A stretch of DNA of 64,000 bases from Adineta vaga (Eukaryota > Animalia > Rotifera), in assembly GCA_021613535.1 (NCBI GenBank), contig CP075497.1, forward strand, positions 13,826,001 through 13,890,000. The letters are read 5' to 3'. A model generated the notes under the pieces. That model was given only the letters and a program-made list of their open reading frames with translations, had not been told where the DNA came from and searched no databases. Shown one piece after another: positions 12,176-25,011 of this stretch. The position numbers and the translations under genes were made by a program. Every line of letters starts with the position of its first letter. Positions within the stretch are counted from its first letter, which is position 1.

Positions 12176-12912
12176 TTGGAATAAAGTAAATTTGAATTGA
12201 AGATCAAATATGTCGGTGATTCTAGAAAATACAATCTTATAGAAGGATTTAACGGATAAAGAATACTGTAGATTTCTACCATAGAATATAAATATTCTTT
12301 ACCAATATTCTTTCAATACGGAATATGGGAAACATTTTAAAAATCGCTAGAAAACATCTATTCATTCGTCTGAACGAATTTTTCATTCGATTATTTCAAG
12401 AGAAAGTAAATTTGAATTCTTGAGTATAAAGTTTATTGTTATAATATACATATTTTTCTTATGATTTTGAGTATTACAAATCATGTAACAACAATAATAT
12501 AATATACGTTTTCAGAAAAAGAAATTACATTTGTGAAATTATACCACAGAAAATATACAAATATACTCAATGAAAGTTTTCGATGTCTTCGAAAAAGATA
12601 ATTAACAACACGATGAGTACAATATTTCAGAAAAGAAAAATTAAAGAACAAATTATTTTTAATAAGAAATAGAAATGTTATGAACTAAAAGACATTGGGT
12701 TTGTTCATAAAAAGAAAACTTCGAATTCAAATAAACTCGGTTAAATATCAGAGAAACAAGAAAATTTCAATATCGTAGAAAACAAGTTTACGAATAAAAA
12801 CAATTTTCTCAACGTGTCGACGAAAATTCATCAAAAAATAAATAAAGATTGTGTACCAAGAGGAAAAAAACAAGTACATGATGCTGATCTGAAGAACAAA
12901 AGAGTACCTATC

Positions 12913-15900
12913 TTAATCATCACGTATTTTTGGTTTTCGTTGACGTTTGACTGGCATATCGGTGCCACATATATTTGTAGTTTCTTCTTGTAATTCTTCA
13001 ACCTTCTTTCTTTTATTTATTAATGTTCGTTGAGCCTTTTCTTTTCGTTGTTGTTGGAATTCATCAATCTCTATAAAAGAAAAAAATAGATGATTATGAA
13101 ATTTCGAATTATATAAAATTTGTCACTTACGATAATTAGACGTGGTTTGATTTAATGTGCTTGTGGTGTAAATAAATCTTTCATTAATTTCCATATTTTG
13201 TTTAAACCATTCGTCATTGTCTATTTGTTCTTGTAATACATTGCTAAATAAATACGATTGATTGATAATCTTTCCATCAATTTGTCGTTTGATGTTTTGA
13301 TTTGGATTTAAAGAAAGTTTATACTCTTGAATATCAATACCAAAGTCAACTAAATTGATCGCCACTTGAGGATCAGTTGGACTTCCTTTCAAAAAACCAT
13401 TAATCGAATCACCTTTTGCATTACGAAACCAATCACCTTTAATTAATATATTTTTTAATATAAGATAATCAATTATTTTGAATCTGGACTTTTCGTCGAA
13501 AAGTCTAGATGGTATCATCTTGAATAAATCTGTAGATGTGCCAATAATGAACTGCCGTTTCAGAATAATTGATTTCCATGTGACAGATTTTGGATTTAAA
13601 ATAAGATTGTCGACTTCTATAAATACATAACATTTTCTAACATTTTTATATAAGAAGACATTTTTTCCTCAAAGTAAAGTCAAATAATAATTTACTCAAT
13701 CATTTATTCGTTAAAAAAAACTATATCTTCATCATCCTCATTAGCTGTCTAAAACTGACACAATTTTTCTCACATTATTTTCATTCATAGAAAAAACCTT
13801 AGTTGAACATTTATCGAAGTTTTTCTAGAATATCACTGATAAGAAGGCAGATTTGATAGTCTTAAATTATCTCGCTTTATCGACACTGCACAGTGAATTT
13901 ACAATGAAAACTTCTACCTTCTGTGGACCATTTTGATGTTATATTTGTTTTACTTGGTCGACCACGTCCTTTTGTTTTTGAGATATCTTGATCATTAGAA
14001 TCTAAAATATACAGATTTCAATCAAAAAGCGCTTAGTTTGATATTGTAAAATACTTGTTGAAGATCGATTCATATTATTTGTAACATTAGTCAACACCAC
14101 ACCCGTATTTGACAACATGGGTTCATATGTTGAATTTCGTTCATCTATAAGAAAATACAAAAATAGTTTCTATTGAAAAATTATAGAATTAAACTCACCA
14201 ATTGACATGGAATTATCAACGAGTTCATTTTCACTTGATTTATCAGTCATATTAATTGAATCAAATTGTTCATCATCATCAAGCTGTTCATCATTGGTAA
14301 CAATATGGTTTCCATTTGAAACTAAAGAATGAAAAACCGAATGAATATATTTTACAGCACTAATCGTAGACAAAAATATGCTCTATTGTATGAAAACTAG
14401 CAATGTGGTTCGTCATTCTATCTTATAATTGATTTTACCAGGACGTTTTTATTATTATTTCGAACGATAGAACAAACAAAATAACCTGAAGCTGATGCAG
14501 GACCAATACTAATCGATGAAGCCGTTGTTTCATATGTAATTGAACGATGTTGAAAAGAATCTACGCAAATAAAGCAGTTTGAAAAAAAGAAACTCATTTA
14601 TTCTGTCAAATGCAGTTTATAAACAAATGGAATAAATATTTGTTATTCACTTACATTCCATAGATGATTCAGTTGAGGAATTGCCACGAATAGAATCTAG
14701 TATATCATGTACTGCCGACATTTGTTCATTACCAGTGATATTTGTTGTTAAATTTGTTGATGTTGCATAAGAATGTTCGTTTGTTGTTGTAGTATTTGCA
14801 TTAACTGGATCATAATCAAGAGGAGCTTCCTCAACCATTGATTGAACTAGTTGATCTATATAAGAAAGTAGATAATGTTATTATTGCAATTTATTACCTG
14901 TCATAGATTGTAAACTATTATTATCGTCGATTTCATCACAAGAGACAATACTAATTCCATTTGTTGTGTTTGTCACGATTTTTGGAAGAGTTTTGTTCGA
15001 TTCAGTCATTTGTTTCTTTTGAATATGCTCATTCTGTTGGTTATTACTGGGTGTACGACCACTTGAATATGAATTATCTACGAGAAAAAAAGGAAAAAAA
15101 GATTCACAAATACAAATGAGAATGTATGATGTACGTAAATTTGTACAAACTTTTATCCGGTATGATTTCGCCCAGACGAACACGTTCATGTACCATCTCT
15201 CGGAATGATTGAAAACGATCGTCTTCTTTATAATAGTTATGATAATATTGTACAAATTCATCGTTCAATTTCATAAATTGAATAGCTTCATCAGTAAATT
15301 CGTTTCCCATTGGTAAATATTGATGTTCGAATGTTTTTTCATAACGTGACATATCCAACCCTAATCGCTAAATCAAAGAGAAACATCATTTTAATTACGT
15401 TTTAATTATGATCAGTATTCGTTCATATTTTATCTTATAATCGTCTTTAATTTAATCCTCATTTTTAATAGCCTTGAGTTTATTAACAGCCTTACATTTA
15501 TTCTAAGTTATGCATATATCAAAAAGATAATATATGTTAATACTTACTTCGAAAGTTTGTTCAATTCGAGGATTATTTTTAATTGTTGATGGAAACTGTT
15601 TACAAAAAGATGAATATTGTAAATCTTCTTTACCACTACGAACATTTTTAATAAAATTCCCACCAATCAATAAACCATCGTCGATTAAGGTACTCAAGAC
15701 TTCATCAGGCTTCATATCAGTAGAGTGACAAAATTGTCCTGATCCTACGCCTTGTCGTTTATTGGTTAAAAAAGTTCGAGAAAAAAACACGACTGGAAAA
15801 TTCAATACTTTCGTCTTGGCCTTGTCCAGTTTGCAATCTTTTTGACTTCTAAATGGAAATAATACATGAAAATCTATCTCCATCATTCTATAAATACATC

Positions 15901-17907
15901 AACTAACTTTTCAGTTGGTTTTTTTCCTAATCGTTCGTTAATTACGCCGTTCAATGGTTGAAGTGTAAGAAGATTTTCGACAACCAGCATTTTACGTAGA
16001 TACCAAGTATAACCCACAGTAACATCGTTGATATTTGACCATATGATCCATTTAGAACGATCAATTCGTTGACATTCAGCCAATAAAAAATTATTTATGG
16101 ATCTTTCCATAGCATGTTGAAATGATACATCAATCGAAGCCAAATTGGATGTTAATCGATCACCTTGTTTTTGATCTATATACTTCAAGTTCTTGCTCAT
16201 TAATCGAAATATAATACGAATAACTTTCATTGACCAAATGCATTTTGATAACATATTGACTACTTTACGATAAATTGATTTTAAATGTTTTTCAGAAGAA
16301 TTCGATGATTTCCACCAGTCATTGATTAAAGATGCCAGAAGTTTGAAAGAAGAAGTATCATGATTGTGACTTTGACTGCCATAATAATCGTCCTCTCGAA
16401 TATCATTGCTAGTCAAAGAAGCAGCATATGTTGCTGGTGTTGTAATGTTTTGTTTTTTCAGTTCTTCCAATAAACGTTCTTCATAATCAATACCTATATG
16501 TGAGAAAAAACGAAACATTCAATAAGAAATATATATGTATAGATAACAATGAGCCATTGACTCATAGAAAGAAGATTGTGAAAGGATATCATACACTGAT
16601 CGAAATGAATCTCAACAGATTTGCAAAGGTGGAATCCTTATGTTTGATAGTTATAATTGAAATATGAAATAGATACTCACATTCTGAATTGATTTCAGCA
16701 ACATCAGCTTTATCTGCCATATAACGAAATTGAAGTTGATTTTTAAAAAAATAAGTAACTGAATGTGCAAAATGAGGAAAAGAAGGAATATGTGTAAAAG
16801 ATTTTGATTTCATTTTTGGTAATTCATTAATAGACTGACACCATGTAAAGAAGACACGTCCAAAAACACCATCTTGAATTCGTGTTTCATGAAAACGTTG
16901 AAGCATTGAAGTTAATTTTGTACCTGTACTTGCAACAAACATGTTAAAAAGTGCTACTGGTCGGTTGATTTTGATTTGTAATACACCTGTTCCTCGAATA
17001 AAACCACCACGAATACCATCGGATGCATCGCAAAATAAACTTACACCACCGGATGTTTCATTTTTACCTTGTTCATAGTAACCTAATTTACCAAGTGCAA
17101 CATCTCCATCCGAATGTAATAGTATGGTATTAATTTTTGCTAAATTTGTAAGTAATGCTACTTCTGTTGTATTGGAAACCACCAAAGAATATTCTGGTTC
17201 TTGTGATTTGTTTTTATTTTTCTCCATATGAATGTTTTGATCATTATCATCATTTTCATTGTTTGGATTTCGTTTTGCAGATGAATATCGATCAGGAAAT
17301 GAATTGATAACACTTTGTAAAGCTGCTGACACTTCTTGGCAGATTGAACTTTTGTTGGATGCTAAAATAAAGAATAAGTTTTAGTACTAGAATATAATCA
17401 ATCAAAAGATAATTTTCGACAAGATTTTTCGTGAAAAAAGTATCCTTGAATTATTTATTATTAAAAATATATCATTTATGATGGATAATGTAAAAATATC
17501 TAATTTCATTTCTCAACATATGATTCCTATTCTAAGTTCTGCCGAATTCTTAGAAGTCAACAGAAATATATACATCGAATTGAATTGTGAAGAACACTAT
17601 ACATACCACTTTCACCTAACAAATGGTGATTTTGATTCAAGAAACCAATACTGTTATTAACTGGATTATAAAAATATGATTCATCAGATAATGCACCAAT
17701 GATGGCATTTAAACCTGCCAATGTTACTTCATAAGAATGACCATTACGTTGTTGTTCTTTTAAGAAACACAGTAGATACCAATCATCTTCTTTATCAAGA
17801 AATTCAACATCAAAACTTGGTAATGAATTTAATTGCTGGAAATTTGCATCAAGAACCAATGCAAAATCATTGGGAATTGCATGTGATGATGTTCGATTGT
17901 TCGCCAT
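12913..17907 (-). CDS. Large multi-exon protein: N-terminal DUF3987-like P-loop NTPase/helicase domain plus two repeated C-terminal domains
   Basis: Intron 17362-17606 joins LLGES|ASNKS (Walker A-like), followed by TTEVALL, ILLHSDGD (Walker B position) and DGVFGRVFF (Arg-finger-like). Co-oriented ORFs continue to the stop at 12913 (...KRQRKPKIRDD*). Internal exon borders only partly resolved. Confidence 0.65.
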
Positions 17908-19024
17908 AATATATCATAAAATAAAGCTTGTTTTATCTAAATAGTAAGAAAACAATTAGAAATTTAAAGATATCTTACAGAGAGAGACTAATTCATATAA
18001 ATGCGTTTGAATCGTTCAAGTTGGTGGTATTTATAAGGATCAAGTATAACAAAGAAATTTTATTCAAATAATGAAAATGACCTGGACAAATGTATTCTTA
18101 TCATAATGTACACAATGAATTGAAACCGACGGACTATTTATTATAGCAACAGAAATAAAGAAAATAAAGGCAGAGAGATTATAAGAAAATCTTTGTAACA
18201 AAGAACGCATCTTACTTCTTCTTGGCAGTCGAGTCAACTAAGATTTCCGAATACAAATATCTATTCAAGATTAAATCCATTTAGAAAAAAGAAAGAAATT
18301 ATTTTTTGTTTTCAAAATACAATTTTATTAATACATTGAACTTATAAACACCAAAACTTGACGAATAAAGATGTCGCCGGAGATCAACATGTATGTATAA
18401 AATGACATCGTGAAATTTTTTATGTTATATTAACGTATTCAGATGGATAGTATAATAATGGTATGTACGATACAGAAAAGAATAGGAGGATAATTGAATT
18501 TCTAGATAAAAATCATAATTTTATAATTGATTATAATACAGTCAATATACACTCATTCAATTGATTGTACATATATATGTATTATGTACAACAAAAAGCA
18601 GTTTCTACAAAAAATTACCGTTCAACAGCAATAATGTACCATAATGGAAACCGACGACAGTATTATCATGTTATCTTGAAATGATTATATTGAAGTTTCT
18701 ATAATTTTCAATGCAACTATAAAAGATCGATAATGATCTGAAAATTTTTAATATGGTTATTCATACATAACAAGATAATCTACCAACGAATTGATAATTT
18801 TATTCATTTATGTTGTTATTGTTCTATGAATGTTTATCAATACTCGAATAAATATTGCTTCTACGTCAATCATTTTATTCTTTCAAATAATTTGTAAATC
18901 CTATTTTCCTTTAAAAATAGTGAGCTTATAAAACAGAAAGGCTTATTGTTACTAAGTAATATGCCTATTCATGAACAAATTTCATATTAATGCACTTCCA
19001 AAAAAATCTCTTTCATTAGGACAA

Positions 19025-19346
19025 TGATTCTGTATTAATGCATTAAAATGCATTATTTTAATAAAACCTCGTTGATTAAGATCATGACTCTATATCAATG
19101 CATTAATATGCATTATTTCAAATAAACCTCGTTGATTAAAACCATGACTCTATATCAATGCATTAAAATGCATTATTTTAATAAAACCTCGTTGATTAAG
19201 ACCATGACTCTATATCAATGCATTAAAATGCATTATTTCAAATAAACCTCGTTGATTAAGACCATGACTCTATATCAATGCATTAAAATGCATTATTTGA
19301 AATAAATTTCGAATAGACCGTTGGTCATGTATTAATGCATTATAAT
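19025..19346. repeat. 60-bp tandem repeat (~5 copies) with an internal palindrome AATGCATT-aa-AATGCATT
   Basis: Successive 60-nt lines 19021-19320 are near-identical (ATGACTCTATATCAATGCATTAAAATGCATTATTT...AAACCTCGTTGATTAAG). Confidence 0.95.
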
Positions 19347-21090
19347 GCCTTAGTAACGTTTGATTGAGGAGAGTTTGTTGGGTATATTTTTACATATTTT
19401 CTTTAGCAATCATTCAAGGAACGTGAAAATGGAGATTTTGTATCAAAAAGTCTTTCCTTAAATAATGGTAAACGATACGTTTCTGTCCTTTTTCTCCGAT
19501 GATCATCCTTAAAAATTCGTTAAAAGGTCACTATGAAGTTGATTATAAAATTTACATTAGAAAACGAATGATTCGATATCAGGCATAAATAGATCTTTTT
19601 TCCCTTTCGTCTGTTTTTTTGTTGAACGGCATACATGGGGTTCGGGAATATGATTGTTCACAGAAGAGCTAAACATAGTAGATGGACAAGAAAAGAAAAT
19701 TTAATGATGACTTCGACGAAATTAAATTTAACATGGAGAGTTGAAAAGAAATTGATAGTATATGAAAAGAAACAATGATTTATTCAAAATAAAATTTATA
19801 GAATTGATAAGTTCGAAAAATAAAGTTGTTTATGTTAAGTGGTTGAACAATGGATGCATGATATATCCTTCGATTTATCTATTGTTTTTATAGTTATTGT
19901 TTGAATTATTTGATCTTATTCGAAATTAACAGACACATTTGAAAAATACTCTACACAATACATTCGAGTTAAATTTGATCTTGTTTCCTTTTACTTTTTT
20001 CTGATAAAGAAAGTAAAAAAAAGAAAACAAAATGTTAATATGGAAGGAGGTAAAACACAAATAAATAGATAGTTGGGAAAGGAAAAACAAATAATGAACA
20101 TCACCTAATACAAGACCTTTCGAATTTTACGAATCAACTGAGTGTGTATAGATGCATGTAACCAAATCTGTTTTCTACTTGTATGTTATCAAAATACCTG
20201 AGTTATTCATTTAGTTATTTTTTGTCAGCATACTTTATGGTATCATATTGGCTTTTTTCGTGATATAACAATTTTTCCTTGAAGAATACCTCAATATTAA
20301 AAGTCTATAGACTTTTACTGTAGATTATATATCTGAAAATAGTTCTTTATTCCATTTACAAATTTAAAGAGTATCCTTTAGTTTCATTTTACAGCAATAA
20401 AATGCATTGTCACTACATCACTGTGATGATAATACAAGTAATATTACATTATTACATATGATTTGTGTCTGATACTTTGCTACGAATCGAACGTTTTTCT
20501 TCAGCACTTGTTATGTATGAGAAATAATTTAATTAAATGATGAAATTCTTTTACAATGATTATAAGCATGATAGTTTAACATTGAATAGTATCTTGATGT
20601 TCAGGATCAATGTGTTTCTTTATTAATAAATAATCATGCATTGTCATTCTTGTGCATCTATTTCTTTTAATTTCTCCTCTTATACCATATGACATCAAGA
20701 ACTGATGAAGGTGAAATTACTCATTACACTTCTACGCTAGGATACATCGAATCTTTGAAGAAAAATCGGCAATTAAATTTTCTATGGAATTATGTCAAAT
20801 TCATTGGTCATAATTATCGAATGCATTCATTTTTCTTTAGTACATGTTTATGATTTAATCTATATACTAAGTCAGTATAAGATTTTATATTTAACACACG
20901 TGAGAATCGACATTCTTTTTATTTATAAAAAAACAATGAAATAAATTGGCAATTTAATATGGTTTTATTTGAGGATCATTACATGTTCAAATCAAAAGAA
21001 TTAAATCACACGTTAATATGATGCATATTCTTACGACATCTATTGATATAATAACCTCCATTTTTTTGTGCCAATACAGAAATGTATATA

Positions 21091-22294
21091 CACTAAGGTG
21101 CAAAAGTCTTTGCCCTACATATAGCTTGTCTTTTTCACAATATATGTTTCGAAGTTTCTGGAAAGATCTTTCGAGAATGTTCTGGCATGTGAGGAGGACT
21201 ATATAAACAACTATATGTGCCGTGAATCACCGTTAATATCTTTTCTATGATGAAAAAAATGTCTAAACCACGTAATCTATATTCAATGAAAATAGTGCGC
21301 TCGACTATATTATATCACTGGAATAATGGTCAACGATCTCCTCAAACCATTGCTCGTATGACAAAGATCCCACTTCGAACTATTAAATATAATATTGCGA
21401 AGATCAAAGAACAAGGTACAATCGAGGATAAACCGCGTCGTGGTCGACCTCATAAGGTCACTGCTAAAGATCATCAAGCACTCGGTCAATGGATTCGACG
21501 TGACAACGAGATAACATCAAAACAATTAGCAGAAAAACTGCTTCACGACCGAGGTCTGAACGTATCCCGATGGACTGTTCAACGTGAACTTCATCGAATG
21601 GGTTATAAGAGTACTTTACCACGTGGTACACCAATGCTGACTCCACAGCAGAAGGATGCACGTGTTCAATGGGCAATTAAACATCAAAACGATGACTGGA
21701 GTCGAACAATTTTCACCGATGAAACATGCTATCAATTGTTTCGAAATACCATACGTCGATGGTCGGGCTATCATTCTTTCAATACAATCATGGATGGTAA
21801 ATTTTATGTTCAAATTCTTCAAGATCATCTTATTTCCAATGCTAGAAAGCAATTTGGTCGACGATGGCGACTTCAACAAGATAACGATCCCAAACACACA
21901 AGTCGAGTGGCACAACATTTCATATCCAAAGAAGTACCTGAACTAATCGACTGGCCATCAAATAGTCCGGACATTAATCCGGTGGAGAACTTGTGGTCAA
22001 TTATCAAACACCATGTTGAAAAACGAAAACCAACAAATCTTCAAGAATTGGACATGTTTCTACATGAAGAATGGTACAAAATTGACATGGCCGTTATAAA
22101 TCATTTGATACGTTCCATGAAATCACGATGTTTAGCTCTGATTGCATCGAAGGGAGAGAGAATCAAATATTAAATGTAATACTTTTGTACCTTGAACTAT
22201 ATCTTATCTTTGTATATATTTAGTTTTTATATGGCTTACTTCTTTGCTAATAAATATTTGAAATAATGAGGGCAAAGACTTTTGCACCCTAGTG
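21091..22294 (+). mobile_element. Tc1-family DNA transposon
   Basis: 26-bp TIRs CACTAAGGTGCAAAAGTCTTTGCCCT / AGGGCAAAGACTTTTGCACCCTAGTG (1 mismatch); TA on both sides (21089-90, 22295-96). Confidence 0.95.
21247..22173 (+). CDS. Tc1 DD34E transposase, probably with an in-frame internal deletion
   Basis: HTH, GRP, FTDE, QQDNDPKH, WPSNSPDINPVENLW (34 residues between D and E). The usual VWG segment after the first D is missing. Confidence 0.9.
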   Translation: MMKKMSKPRNLYSMKIVRSTILYHWNNGQRSPQTIARMTKIPLRTIKYNIAKIKEQGTIEDKPRRGRPHKVTAKDHQALGQWIRRDNEITSKQLAEKLLHDRGLNVSRWTVQRELHRMGYKSTLPRGTPMLTPQQKDARVQWAIKHQNDDWSRTIFTDETCYQLFRNTIRRWSGYHSFNTIMDGKFYVQILQDHLISNARKQFGRRWRLQQDNDPKHTSRVAQHFISKEVPELIDWPSNSPDINPVENLWSIIKHHVEKRKPTNLQELDMFLHEEWYKIDMAVINHLIRSMKSRCLALIASKGERIKY

Positions 22295-22667
22295 TATATT
22301 GAACGTGGATTACATGATTTTATTGTTCAATATTCAATAGTATTTTTATTCAAATTTCTATTCGAAATATCATATTTCAGATATTCATTTCGATTTTGGT
22401 ATTATTTTCCAATAATTATAGATTTTGAAGAATTATTGTTTTTTGCTTATTAATCATGACAAGAAAATCATCATCTAATAAAATAAAAAAAGTCGATCGA
22501 TCGTAAATCTGCTCATTCGTGTAAAAAGGTCCATCATCGATTGATTTTCGTTCGAAATAACTATTTGGACTCATCTGGTTAGTCAAATTGCTTTCACCAA
22601 ACATATAAAAATTAATACTTTGGATAAATAAATAAAACTGAAAGAGTCATTCATTTTTACTTTTAAG

Positions 22668-25011
22668 AGGATGAATCGTCAATGAATAAAAATATTGAAC
22701 CAACAAAAATTGGTAAAAATAATAACAAGAATATTTTGTCAAATTCTGACTCTACAAGTAAAATTTTGCATTTTGATGACAATCAAAAGCAATTGCCATG
22801 TTCTAATCAAAGTAAGTGAAAATGTGCTTCATTCATTCATTTCTTTTCTGATCGGTCTAATATTACTTGATATTTTAGCTATTCCACCAGGTGCTACCCA
22901 CTCGTCGATTGAAATTCTTCATGCACCAGATAAATCATCATCTTTTTCACCAAAACCAAGTTTCAGTAATGAAAATTCTTCAACAATAGCTTTATCATCA
23001 GGTATTGATGAAAGTTGATCGTTATTAATAAAGATTTTCATTCAAAACTAAATAAAAATAAAGCTTTGTATCATTTTCATTATTGGAAAAGAAATGAGAA
23101 GTCGATTCTATATTTATTTATGTCACATAATTTTCTTATTATTTGAAAGATCTTGACTTATGTTATCTTATTGTGATTGTTCTTTTATAGGTTGTCACAA
23201 GGAGGATCAGAATATAAATTCTTCGTGCACAACATGTAGTGAATTTCAAGAACAAATTTTTCTTTTGAAACAACAAATAAATTTTTATAAAACACATTGG
23301 ATACCTCGGTTAGCTTTTGATTTGCAAATACAATACAAATCAATTAGTTTCTTTCATAGGTCTGTCGGTTCGGAACCACAATATTCTTCTACATCAACTC
23401 AAACAATTGATGAGGAAAATTTTCCTCATCATACACCACAGGTTGTTTCTAATGAACCAAAAAGTATGTTCGAGAAAAAATTCAAAAAAAATTTTCACAA
23501 AATGAATTATTAAAACAGTTAAAGATAATGAGCAATCGCACATATTTAAAGAACAAAAAAATCTAATAAAAATTAAACAAGTTTCTGATTTGAATTGATG
23601 TCAATCCCTATAAAAAAAAGTCAGAAATAGATTTTAACGTAATCTTGTTGAAGAAAAATCGATTTATATCACTTCATAGAATAATCTATTTTAATTCATT
23701 TTAATGAATTAAATCTTCTAGAATGATTCATTGTAATCAAGTTGAAAAATTATAATTGATCTTCATAGATGTTTCGAATAAGAAAGACTTTTGATTCATT
23801 AAACTTTACAACAAGCATATTTAGATTTATCGTTTAAATCGATATCGGTTTATTCAGTTTTTTTAAAATAAAAAATTCGGTTTTCACCGGTTAAATAGTG
23901 AAATTATTTTTTAAAATCAATTCTTGAATATCAAATCTATTAAAATCATTAGAGTTTAATGAAATCTAGAAAAAGACAAGTATAATCATAAAAAAGTTTT
24001 AGTCAATTTTGAATGATCTTTTCATATAAAACTTTGATGAAAAATGAGTGAAAATCATAGCATTCGAGTTTATTATTCATCACAGAAAGTCTATCAAAAT
24101 GCATTTCAGATTTTTTGATATTTTAAATCATTTATGTTTTTACGTTCAAATTATTAATATTTTTCTTGAAATAGTTTGATAAAGTTTCTCAATTTTTTAG
24201 AAGGAAAACATGATGAAGAAGAGGAAAAACAACAACAACAACTGAAAAAAAAGAGAAACAAAAAGAAAACAAAAAGACTTGCAGCCATTTTAGGTTTAAC
24301 TTTTGATGAAATAATCAAATGTAAAAAATCGACAATCACCAGAAGTTGTCGAAAAATAATTAAAACCATGTATCCCACGAATAAATTACGCCAAAAAGAG
24401 CGGATTTCATCGATGTCGTCAAACAAACTTGATGCAGTACACGGTAAAGATATTTTAAATTCGATTTATATCTAATGAAAAAAAGTACAGAAAATATCAT
24501 GGAGTACTGGACAACATACAATAGACTATTTTGATAAGATTAAGAGGATTTCGAGGATTTATACATAAAGACATACATTAGAAAGGAATTGTCTACTCGT
24601 CTTTGTTTTATTTTGCATAGCTCATTCAAAAATAATGATCTTTCAGCAAAGTACATAAATTTGATCTTTGCTCATAACTATATAGCGTTCTTCTTAAATT
24701 TCACTTGTGACTATCGATATAAGGCTTTCAACCATTCTTCCTATGATGGAACACACTATTTACATTTTAACTATTATACATAAACATAAAAATGTATCTA
24801 TACGAGTGGAGTATTCACGTATAAATATCAATATTATTGGCATTGTTGCCCATTTACAAATATATATATATAAACTTCTCTTTTGATAACGATAATAATT
24901 AAAGATTTTTTTTTAGATTTGGTCAAATTATTCCATCCAAAGCAAAAACAAACACCAGCACATGTTTTAAATAACGCCATAGGAAATGTTTTTTCTGTTG
25001 CTCGTCGATAA
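22668..25011 (+). CDS. Multi-exon gene ending in a BEN-like helical domain (5' exons unresolved)
   Basis: Six phase-compatible GT-AG exons. C-terminus LAAILGLTFDEIIKCKKSTITRSCRKIIKTMYP...LDAVH|DLVKLFHP...VLNNAIGNVFSVARR*. The BEN assignment is by resemblance only. Confidence 0.55.

Noticed and set aside
19025-19346. CRISPR-like array
   Set aside because: Units are contiguous near-identical 60-mers with no unique spacers, in a eukaryotic context with no cas genes.
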